From Deferribacterales bacterium (GTDB lineage Bacteria; Chrysiogenota; Deferribacteres; Deferribacterales; Geovibrionaceae), in the NCBI GenBank assembly GCA_050253075.1, contig JBFWJS010000001.1:448001-512000 (forward strand): a stretch of DNA of 64,000 bases. The letters are read 5' to 3'. Below are positions 42,249 through 52,007 of the stretch, in pieces; the stretch's first letter is position 1, and every line of letters begins with the position of its first letter. The notes below the pieces were generated by a model. That model worked only from the letters and a program-made list of their open reading frames with translations, made no database searches and was not told the DNA's origin. The position numbers and the translations under genes are program-made.

Positions 42249-43484
42249 ATGGTCAAAGTAGCCATATACGCGATCGGAAGCGAGCTCCTTGAAGGAAGCA
42301 TCGTGGATACTAACTCTGCTTGGCTTGGTAAAAAGCTGACGAAAGCGGGTTTCGACGTGGTAGATGTCAGGCTTATCCCCGACCATAAAGAAAAGATCGT
42401 CAGACTGCTGAGGGAAGGGATGGATGCTTACGACGTTATCCTTACCACAGGCGGACTCGGACCTACATTTGACGACCTCACCGCTGAGACACTCGCCGAG
42501 GCATCCGGCAGAGAGTGGGTTATGCACGAAGAGGCAAGAGCCCACATGATCAAATGGCTCGAAAAGCGCAAAGTAACCATAAAACCCGCCCACGAGCGTC
42601 AGGCTCTCCTGCCGAAGGACTGCATAGTTTTCCCCAATACGAAAGGAACGGCACTCGGCTTCGGAGTGGAGGAGAAGAACTGTATAGTCATCTCCATGCC
42701 GGGCGTGCCTTATGAAATGTACACCATGTTCGAAGATTATGTTATGCCGTTCATGCTTAAAAGGTTTGAGCTGAATGAACGTTTCAGCATAGACGTCCGC
42801 ATCGGCGGACTCCCCGAAAGCGACATAGACGATGTAGTCCGTGCCATGAATCTGCCCGAAAATGTCGAATGCATTATAAATGTTTCCAAAGGCGAATGTC
42901 TTGTAAAACTGAGAGGCTTTGACAGCAGCATCCTCGAAGGATACGCCGCCCACATTAAAGACAGCTTTCCAGATCATTTCGTAGGATTCGGCGAAGACGG
43001 GCTGGCGCATATGCTCATCCGCACGCTGAAGGATAAAGGAATGACTATCTCCGTCGCAGAGAGCTGCACTGGGGGAATGATAGGTCAGGAACTGACGACC
43101 GTATCAGGAGCGAGCGAAGTTTTTATGGGGGGCGTGATATCCTACAGCAATGACGTGAAGGAACGCATCCTCCGTGTGCCTAAGAATATTATGATAAACC
43201 ACGGCGCAGTGAGTGAAGAAACAGCGAAAGCTATGGCTGTCGGCGCTGCAAACACATTACAGACCAGATGCGCAATATCCGTCACAGGCGTCGCAGGCCC
43301 CGACGGCGGAACACCCGAAAAGCCTGTCGGCACAGTCTGCATAGGCTACTGCATAGACAGAGAGGTCGAGACCAGAAAGCACTTCTTCGCAGGGGACAGA
43401 GAAGCCATCCGCACCCGAGCCATGAAGACAGCCCTCCGTGAGATGACAGAACTTCTTAAGAAAAAGTACACAATAGATAAATAG
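42249..43484 (+). CDS. cinA: CinA-family protein (MoCF-like domain plus PncC NMN deamidase)
   Basis: IGSELLEG..DTN, TTGGLGPTFDDLT, MPGVPYEM, AESCTGG, HGAVS and TGVAGPDGG. Confidence 0.95.
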   Translation: MVKVAIYAIGSELLEGSIVDTNSAWLGKKLTKAGFDVVDVRLIPDHKEKIVRLLREGMDAYDVILTTGGLGPTFDDLTAETLAEASGREWVMHEEARAHMIKWLEKRKVTIKPAHERQALLPKDCIVFPNTKGTALGFGVEEKNCIVISMPGVPYEMYTMFEDYVMPFMLKRFELNERFSIDVRIGGLPESDIDDVVRAMNLPENVECIINVSKGECLVKLRGFDSSILEGYAAHIKDSFPDHFVGFGEDGLAHMLIRTLKDKGMTISVAESCTGGMIGQELTTVSGASEVFMGGVISYSNDVKERILRVPKNIMINHGAVSEETAKAMAVGAANTLQTRCAISVTGVAGPDGGTPEKPVGTVCIGYCIDREVETRKHFFAGDREAIRTRAMKTALREMTELLKKKYTIDK

Positions 43485-43598
43485 TAATTTTACCTTGCAA
43501 TATAATTTGCATAAGTATAGGATTCAGAAGTCTTAATATACAAATTTTCAGATTTCTGGATCTAAGCCACGCTAATTAGGCTAATAAAAATAGGTTGA

Positions 43599-44555
<957 letters not shown>

Positions 44556-44566
44556 AAGGATATGTT

Positions 44567-45649
44567 ATGAAAATCATTACCGTTGTCGGTGCACGACCGC
44601 AATTTGTGAAAGCTGCTGCAGTTAGCAGAGAGATAGCTCGTCAAAAAACACTAGGCAAAGATATTGAAGAGGTTATAGTTCATACGGGGCAGCACTTTGA
44701 CCCGAATATGAGTGATGTTTTCTTTGAAGAAATGTCTATCCCTAGACCAGATTACAACCTTAATATACACGGTCTTTCTCATGGTGCGATGACAGGCCAA
44801 ATGCTTGAGAAGATCGAGGAAGTGCTATTAAAGGAAAAGCCTGACTGGGTTCTTGTATATGGTGATACGAACTCGACCATTGCCGGAGCCTTAGCTGCCA
44901 AGAAATTACATATCAAAGTTGCACATGTTGAAGCAGGTTTGAGATCCTTCAATATGAAAATGCCTGAAGAAATTAACCGTATCCTCACTGATAGAATAAG
45001 CGATCTCCTTTTTCCGCCTACTGATACTGCGGTGGAAAATCTAATGACTGAAGGATTTGATAAAATTGGAGTGAGCATTGTGAAATGCGGCGATGTTATG
45101 TGTGATGCAAGTGTCTATTACGCCCCTTTCGCAAAACAGCCTTCGTTTATGGATAATGCAGACGAACAGTTTGTTCTCTGCACGATACATAGAGCAGAAA
45201 ACACTGATGACAAGGATAGAATAACTTCAATTATTGAGGCACTCAACGAGGTGGCTAAAGATAAGCGTGTTGTTCTGCCTTTGCATCCTAGAACAAAGAA
45301 TATATTAGCAAAACTTGGACTTAATGTTGAAAAACTTACTATAGTCGAGCCTGTAGGTTATTTTGAGATGATATGGCTTCTGCAGCATTGTGACTTAGTC
45401 CTTACGGATAGCGGAGGTTTACAGAAGGAAGCATTTTTCTTTGGTAAATACTGCGTGACTATGAGGGATGAAACAGAATGGACAGAGCTTGTTAAAAGCG
45501 GAGTCAACTGTCTGGTCGGTGCAGATAAAGATTCTATAGTCAAGATTGTGACTAGCGGTAAAGCTCTGTCTGACGAGGTCAAGCAGCTTGACCTTTACGG
45601 CAGAGGGGATGCCAGTGAGAAAATAATCGAAGGATTGTTAAGACAATGA
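44567..45649 (+). CDS. wecB: Non-hydrolysing UDP-sugar 2-epimerase (WecB/WbpI-like)
   Basis: VGARPQFVK, HTGQHFD, YGDTNST, HVEAGLRS, MPEEINR, HRAEN, TDSGGLQKEA and ETEW. Confidence 0.92.
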   Translation: MKIITVVGARPQFVKAAAVSREIARQKTLGKDIEEVIVHTGQHFDPNMSDVFFEEMSIPRPDYNLNIHGLSHGAMTGQMLEKIEEVLLKEKPDWVLVYGDTNSTIAGALAAKKLHIKVAHVEAGLRSFNMKMPEEINRILTDRISDLLFPPTDTAVENLMTEGFDKIGVSIVKCGDVMCDASVYYAPFAKQPSFMDNADEQFVLCTIHRAENTDDKDRITSIIEALNEVAKDKRVVLPLHPRTKNILAKLGLNVEKLTIVEPVGYFEMIWLLQHCDLVLTDSGGLQKEAFFFGKYCVTMRDETEWTELVKSGVNCLVGADKDSIVKIVTSGKALSDEVKQLDLYGRGDASEKIIEGLLRQ

Positions 45650-46428
45650 ACCCATTCAAGCAGATTTATTTGTATAGGAAATTGATTTGGGCGACCACTT
45701 TATATGATATTAAAGTAAAAAACGCCGGATCGATGCTAGGGCAAATATGGCTTATATTATACCCCCTGCTTTTTTTGGGAATGTATGCCGTCGTTTATCT
45801 GATGATTTTTAAAATAAGGCTTCAGATAATGTCGCCTTACGAATATGTTTTGCTTATCTTTTGTGGTTTGATACCCTTCCTGTCATTTGCTGACGCAATA
45901 GGCAGAGGAGTAACTTCTGTTACCTCAAATGCTAATCTAATTAAAAACACGTTGTTCCCCATAGAATTCATACCGATTAATATCGTTTTGTCCTCGCAGG
46001 TTATATTGATCGTCGGTTTTAGTATACTGTCAGTTATATTATTTTTCATGGGTCGGCTTGGCTGGTTTTATTGGGTTGGGATTCTATTATTTTTTGAACA
46101 GATAATTTTTACGATTGGTCTTGTATGGATTCTAGCCTCGCTAAATGTATTTTTCAGAGATTTAGGGCAGATAATATCAGTGGTGATACTTATGCTGATG
46201 ATGATCAGCCCGATTGCTTATACTGAAGATATGATACCTGAAACATTGCGCACGGTGCTTTATTTCAATCCACTGTACTATCTTATAATGCTTTACCAGA
46301 AAGCATTTATGTTTAACACCTTAGATGTGAAACTGTTCATTGTTTTCACAATACTTTCTTTTGGACATTTTTTGATTGGATACCATGTTTTTGTAAAACT
46401 TAAAGGGGTTTTTAGCGATTATGTATGA
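45646..46428 (+). CDS. wzm: Polysaccharide ABC exporter permease
   Basis: GSMLGQIW, about 6 TMs, NVFFRDL, PIAY and NPLYY. Confidence 0.92.
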   Translation: MNPFKQIYLYRKLIWATTLYDIKVKNAGSMLGQIWLILYPLLFLGMYAVVYLMIFKIRLQIMSPYEYVLLIFCGLIPFLSFADAIGRGVTSVTSNANLIKNTLFPIEFIPINIVLSSQVILIVGFSILSVILFFMGRLGWFYWVGILLFFEQIIFTIGLVWILASLNVFFRDLGQIISVVILMLMMISPIAYTEDMIPETLRTVLYFNPLYYLIMLYQKAFMFNTLDVKLFIVFTILSFGHFLIGYHVFVKLKGVFSDYV

Positions 46429-48205
46429 TCAATTGTCAATAAGTGTCAAAAATGTCTCTAAAATGTATAAAATGTATAAAAATAATTTTGCTAAGATTAT
46501 GGATCTCCTGGGATTTCCTAGCAGTAAGAATTATAAAGAATTTTGGCCACTTAGAGATATTAATTTAGATATTAAAAAGGGTGAGAAGGTTGGCATAATT
46601 GGTCAGAATGGAGCAGGTAAAACGACTTTGCTCAGCATAATTTCGAATAATATCAGACCCACTGAAGGGATGATAGATGTGCATGGTCATGTAAATGCTC
46701 TTTTTACTTTGGGCACTGGATTTCATCCGGAATTTTCAGGTAGGAAAAACATAAGATCCTCTCTTGCTTTTCAAGGAGTAATCGGTGCTGATGTTGTGCG
46801 TATAGAGAATGAGATCATAGAGTTTGCAGAACTGGAAAACTTTATCGATCAGCCTGTTAAGACATATTCAGCCGGTATGTATGCCCGACTCGCTTTCACT
46901 GTGGCAACTGCAATAGAACCGGATATTCTTATAATTGATGAAATACTAGGTGCAGGAGATGCATATTTTGCGTCAAAAGCATTAGATAGAATGAAAAAGC
47001 TGACAGGAGGAGGGACAACGGTTCTTTTTGTCTCTCATGATTTATCGTCAGTGCAGAGAGTTTGTGACAGGTGTATTTGGATAGATAAAGGTAAAATTAG
47101 AGAAGACGGTGCAACTTTAGACGTAATTAAATCATATAATGCCGATGTTAGGAAAAGGGAAGAACTTAGGCTCCTTTCACATAATAGCGGCGTAAAAATG
47201 AATAATATAGACAGTAATTCCAGTCAGCTGCTTTTTAGGTTTATTACATCCGATCAAAGAGCACCTGAAACAAAAGGGCTATTCATACATAAAATCAGTT
47301 TGTTTGTTAAAAATAAACTTTATGCAGAAATTAATGTCGGTGACTCAATGGATAACTCTAAAGAATATGACGGTTATATAATTACAGATGATAAGATAAA
47401 CTGGTCTGATAGTATTAAGAAAGAAGGCTTATGGGCAAGGGAATTTAGAGATTTTGGCGCTGAGTATGTCCATGCCATAGGTGTTTTTGTTGTACCAAGC
47501 GTAATAGACTATAGAAATATCAGCTTTGCTATTGAGTATTTTGACGATTTTGTTGATGAAGTAAATTTTGAGTTTTTTGATACTAACAAAAACAGTTATG
47601 TCAATTTAGCTAATTTAAACTCATCAGGTACAGAAAAATGGCTCTCTCAAACTGATATATCTTTAAAACCGAAGGCTCTTTGTGAAGAGAGTAATTCCGG
47701 TGATGCCCCGCAAACTGAAGAAGACAAGCTGTTTAGTACTGATGTCTACGGCACAGAAGAAATGATGATTACCAATGTCAGTTTTCTGTGTAAAGATTTA
47801 GAAGAGAGATTCGTATTTACTCTTGGTGATGCTCTAACTATTCGGGTTGATTATAAATGTTTTGAAGAAATTTATAATCCGGTTTTTGTGGCTGCAATAT
47901 ATAACAGTGAAGGTGTAGCAGTATCGCAACTGATAGATAAACAAGCAGGATATAGCCTTGCCCGTGCACAAAAACGAGGTTTTGTCGAATTCATTATTGA
48001 TAATTTAAGAATCGGACAAGGGGAGTATTTAGTTTCAGTAGCAATATTTCACGATGTAGATCTTGCAAATCCGGTTGAACAGAGAACATATTGTTTACAT
48101 GATAGGAAATATAAATTCAAAATTGTTCAGCCACACGGGCTTAATATGAACTTAGGGCTTTTGCAACAAGATTTTAAGGTGGAATACAAAGATGGAAATG
48201 ATTAA
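46421..48205 (+). CDS. wzt: Polysaccharide ABC exporter ATPase with an extra central domain and a Wzt C-terminal domain
   Basis: GQNGAGKTT, YSAGMYARLAF, IIDEIL and VSH; the C-terminal YGT..ITNV..GEYLVSVAI segment is Wzt_C-like; 594 aa. Confidence 0.92.
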   Translation: MYDQLSISVKNVSKMYKMYKNNFAKIMDLLGFPSSKNYKEFWPLRDINLDIKKGEKVGIIGQNGAGKTTLLSIISNNIRPTEGMIDVHGHVNALFTLGTGFHPEFSGRKNIRSSLAFQGVIGADVVRIENEIIEFAELENFIDQPVKTYSAGMYARLAFTVATAIEPDILIIDEILGAGDAYFASKALDRMKKLTGGGTTVLFVSHDLSSVQRVCDRCIWIDKGKIREDGATLDVIKSYNADVRKREELRLLSHNSGVKMNNIDSNSSQLLFRFITSDQRAPETKGLFIHKISLFVKNKLYAEINVGDSMDNSKEYDGYIITDDKINWSDSIKKEGLWAREFRDFGAEYVHAIGVFVVPSVIDYRNISFAIEYFDDFVDEVNFEFFDTNKNSYVNLANLNSSGTEKWLSQTDISLKPKALCEESNSGDAPQTEEDKLFSTDVYGTEEMMITNVSFLCKDLEERFVFTLGDALTIRVDYKCFEEIYNPVFVAAIYNSEGVAVSQLIDKQAGYSLARAQKRGFVEFIIDNLRIGQGEYLVSVAIFHDVDLANPVEQRTYCLHDRKYKFKIVQPHGLNMNLGLLQQDFKVEYKDGND

Positions 48206-51200
48206 TTATTATGAGCAAAAAGAACTATGGGATAGAGACTTAACCCCACAAGAAGCTGAAAGGATTGATTTAGTGAAGAAAATCATTCCTGAGGATGTGG
48301 TCACTATTCTAGATGTGGGTTGTGGCAACGGCGCACTTACTAACGGATTAGAAGGATACGATATTACAGGCTTAGATAAAAGTGTCGAAGCATTGAAATA
48401 TTATAAACATAAAAAACAACACGGGAGTATTGATGAGCTCCCTTTCGAAGATAACTCATTTGACTTTTTAATATGCAGTGATGTGCTTGAGCACTTGGAT
48501 GCTAATGCTTTTATTAGTGCTATCAATGAATTAAAGAGAGTTTCAAAAAAATATATACTTATTATCTCGCCAAATGAAGAAGATCTTGCCGCTAATTTTG
48601 TCAAATGCCATACATGTAGTCATATATTCAATATCAACCTTCATGAAAGAAGTTTAGGCTTTAATGATTTGGTAAGTCTGTTTAGCAGCGATTTTGTTAA
48701 CTTGTTATATACATATTTCGGAGATAAATGGGCCAATGAGCCAGAGGTAAAATATAAGTTCAAGAGGGCTTATAATAAAGGATACAAGAGCTGGGAACAC
48801 TCTGTATGTCCATGTTGTGGAACAAAACAGAAAACTATTACAGATAAATCTGATCCAGCGACTGATATTGTAGTGAACCCACATGTCATGGGATACTACA
48901 ACCACTCTACAGAGGTTATGATCTTATTTTGTGATGCTGCCCAGTCGGGTGAATTTTATAATAACAATATTGAAGACAGTAAAATCGTTGTTTTGAATGA
49001 TAGTGCCAATAAGGATATAACTTTTATCCATAGGCAGTATATAGACTGTAGAAAGCCTCTTATTAAACAATATGCAGAGGCATATCCTCAAATTGCTTAC
49101 CTTTTAAACACTGATAGAGATTCATGGAGCTCAGCAGATGGGCAAACAGTATTAAAAATAGGTGAGAACAATAACTTTGCACAAGTGTATTTCCCTGCAG
49201 AAGAAGGGATGAAGTTCCTGCACCTGAAAGTGAAATTTGAGACCTATAGCAAAGTTAATGTGAATGTATACGATGCTATAGACTCATACAGAAGATTAGG
49301 TGTTATAAGCAACACCGAACTAGATAACTTTGTTGAGTATAGATTCGAATTGCCTTCTGATCTGGTATTGCCGAACGAGGGCTTAATTATAGAATTTGCT
49401 GTTGCAACCGGTAAAGGTGAGATCAGACTTGTCTTCGATAAACTTTACATTGATCATGATTTATATAGTGTTAAATGTGAAAAAGATTTCAAAAGTAATG
49501 TTTTCGGAAAAAAGATGATTGGACATGTTGTAGGTGACAAGATCCATATATCAAGTGGTTACTATGCCGATCTCGGATTAGATGATTATTTATTAATTGA
49601 TGGAAACCTATATTGGAATGTTAGCAATTCATTTGAAGTGTTTAATAAAAATAAACCAATACATGACAAAGATTACTTCTTTTATCGACTTATAGGTCAT
49701 TATGACGAATCATTTAGAGAGCTAGAAGCTAAATTGGCAGGAGCATTTAAAGCTCGTGAGGATGATAGTGTTGATTACGCTAAATATATGCAGAGCAATA
49801 CCGAGATCCTCCAAAAAATGACTGCTTTCAGATCAGATGTTAGCCAATCTATGGGCGAGTTTGAAAATAGCTTATCCAGCATACGGGCCAATGTGGAGCA
49901 GTTTGAAAATGCCATATCTGCAATTAAGGCGAGCACTTTAGATGCTGATTCTAAAATGCAGAATAATCTTGATTCAGCTGTGAAGCAGTTCGAAGACACC
50001 TTATCCAAAATGCAGGCAAATATTATAGATGCTGATTCCAAAATCAAAGATAAATTGGAGACTGTTGAACATCAGGTAGAAAGTAAAATAAACTCTGTTA
50101 ATCGTAAACTTGCGTGGTTGGAAGAGGCCTATTCAAATGTTCTAATAAGTGAAGAAAGCTACGATCAATTACGATCACAAATATTCACAATATCCAACAA
50201 TCTACAAAATGCCATATCTGCAATTAAGGCGAGCACTTTAGATGCTGATTCTAAAATGCAGAATAATCTTGATTCAGCTGTGAAGCAGTTCGAAGACACC
50301 TTATCCAAAATGCAGGCAAATATTATAGATGCTGATTCCAAAATCAAAGATAAATTGGAGACTGTTGAACATCAGGTAGAAAGTAAAATAAACTCTGTTA
50401 ATCGTAAACTTGCGTGGTTGGAAGAGGCCTATTCAAATGTTCTAATAAGTGAAGAAAGCTACGATCAATTACGATCACAAATATTCACAATATCCAACAA
50501 TCTACAAAATGCCATAGACAACAAAGCAGTGTTTAATTACAGGATTGGTTTAGTCGACGAGCAGCTAAAAGACGCTCAGCAATATTATGAAAAGATACCG
50601 GATGTGGAAAAGCAGATATATGAGCTTCAGTCACAAGTTTATACGTTATCTAATACGTTACAGCAGAGTATAGATAATCGCTCAATACTCAGCTATGACA
50701 TGTCTGTCATCTCAGATAGATTTAAAAATACAGCGTGCAAGATCAAGTCAAAACTTTCAAGATTTGTCAAAAAGACCATTTCGGCAACTCGGCAAATGAA
50801 AGTAGTAGCACTGGCTCAACGGACACATGTTGACACATCTATGAAGCATTTATTAATCCTCACTCCGGATGTTAGGATTGATAGGCGTACTGTGCAGATG
50901 TGCGAAAGTATGATCAAAGAGTTTGGTATTAGATGTACTATTATCGCTGCCTTGGAAGCCGACGATGATTTTGTTTCAGACAACCTCATTGTTAAGAGGA
51001 TTTCCCCTTATGATATTTGTGGTGACGGCGGAACAGACTGCTCTTGGCAGGCATCCAAGTGTTTCGACTTAGAGAAATTCTACTGGCTTCATAGCAAATA
51101 CTTAACAAAGGCTTTAGAAGAGCAAGCAGACTATGTTATGTGCTGTGATCTGCCTGTGCTGCCATGTGCAGTGCATGTCGCAAAACATATGGGTGTTCCG

Positions 51201-52007
51201 TTAATATACGATGCCCATGAGCTATACCCCGAGCAGGCATGTTTCTCAGATGAACAGAGAAGTCTTTATAAGAGTATAGAAAAGTACTACATAGGCTTAC
51301 CTGATTTAGTAATAACAGTGAATGATAGTATCGCCATAGAAATGGGCGAAAGGTATGGCATAGAAAAACCTAGTGTTATACTTAATGCCATTGATGCTCC
51401 GCAGAACTTTGATGTAGACAGAAAGTATGACTACTTCAGAGAGCAATTACCAATAAGAAGTGATCAAAAGATCGTACTCTTTCAAGGCGGTTATTCCCCA
51501 AATCGTAATCTTGAGCTTTTTGTCAGATCGGCAAGACACATAAAAGACAGCAGTGTTGTTCTTGTGCTGATGGGATTTGGAGATTTTGGTGCTGAGCTTG
51601 AAAAGATTGCAAAAGAAGACAAAACAATAAACGAGAAAGTCTTCTTCTTTCCTGCCGTTGAGCAATCAGTGCTCCTAGAGTACTCTGCCTCTGCAGATGT
51701 GGGTATAATTCCATATCCTCACGTTGATCTTAACAGCTATTACTGCACTCCTAATAAGCTTTTTGAGTTTATACAGGCAGGACTGCCAATAATTGCCAAT
51801 GATTCTCCTGAACTGAATAGATTTGTTAAAGAAAATAATATTGGATACTCCGGTACTATATTGTCCGAAGAGGATATTGCGTCTCTTATAGATGAATATT
51901 TTGAACAAAATATAGATTATAAGGATAATATAAAAGAGGTAAGGCCGAAAATAAACTGGCAGACGGAAGAAAAGAAATTTATTAGAGTTATCAAGGAGCT
52001 GTTGTGA
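48192..52007 (+). CDS. Multidomain protein: class I SAM methyltransferase, beta-rich module, long coiled coil and GT4-type glycosyltransferase
   Basis: ILDVGCGNG..LPFEDNSFD..SDVLEHL; CHTC and CPCC motifs; heptad-rich region; C-terminal DRR, YDAHELYPEQ, FQGG..NRNLE and TPNKLFEF. Confidence 0.88.
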   Translation: MEMINYYEQKELWDRDLTPQEAERIDLVKKIIPEDVVTILDVGCGNGALTNGLEGYDITGLDKSVEALKYYKHKKQHGSIDELPFEDNSFDFLICSDVLEHLDANAFISAINELKRVSKKYILIISPNEEDLAANFVKCHTCSHIFNINLHERSLGFNDLVSLFSSDFVNLLYTYFGDKWANEPEVKYKFKRAYNKGYKSWEHSVCPCCGTKQKTITDKSDPATDIVVNPHVMGYYNHSTEVMILFCDAAQSGEFYNNNIEDSKIVVLNDSANKDITFIHRQYIDCRKPLIKQYAEAYPQIAYLLNTDRDSWSSADGQTVLKIGENNNFAQVYFPAEEGMKFLHLKVKFETYSKVNVNVYDAIDSYRRLGVISNTELDNFVEYRFELPSDLVLPNEGLIIEFAVATGKGEIRLVFDKLYIDHDLYSVKCEKDFKSNVFGKKMIGHVVGDKIHISSGYYADLGLDDYLLIDGNLYWNVSNSFEVFNKNKPIHDKDYFFYRLIGHYDESFRELEAKLAGAFKAREDDSVDYAKYMQSNTEILQKMTAFRSDVSQSMGEFENSLSSIRANVEQFENAISAIKASTLDADSKMQNNLDSAVKQFEDTLSKMQANIIDADSKIKDKLETVEHQVESKINSVNRKLAWLEEAYSNVLISEESYDQLRSQIFTISNNLQNAISAIKASTLDADSKMQNNLDSAVKQFEDTLSKMQANIIDADSKIKDKLETVEHQVESKINSVNRKLAWLEEAYSNVLISEESYDQLRSQIFTISNNLQNAIDNKAVFNYRIGLVDEQLKDAQQYYEKIPDVEKQIYELQSQVYTLSNTLQQSIDNRSILSYDMSVISDRFKNTACKIKSKLSRFVKKTISATRQMKVVALAQRTHVDTSMKHLLILTPDVRIDRRTVQMCESMIKEFGIRCTIIAALEADDDFVSDNLIVKRISPYDICGDGGTDCSWQASKCFDLEKFYWLHSKYLTKALEEQADYVMCCDLPVLPCAVHVAKHMGVPLIYDAHELYPEQACFSDEQRSLYKSIEKYYIGLPDLVITVNDSIAIEMGERYGIEKPSVILNAIDAPQNFDVDRKYDYFREQLPIRSDQKIVLFQGGYSPNRNLELFVRSARHIKDSSVVLVLMGFGDFGAELEKIAKEDKTINEKVFFFPAVEQSVLLEYSASADVGIIPYPHVDLNSYYCTPNKLFEFIQAGLPIIANDSPELNRFVKENNIGYSGTILSEEDIASLIDEYFEQNIDYKDNIKEVRPKINWQTEEKKFIRVIKELL
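49906..50516 (+). repeat. Exact 300-bp tandem duplication within the 1271-aa gene
   Basis: 49906-50216 is identical to 50206-50516; AAAATGCCATA occurs at 49906, 50206 and 50506; in frame (100 aa). Confidence 0.97.
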
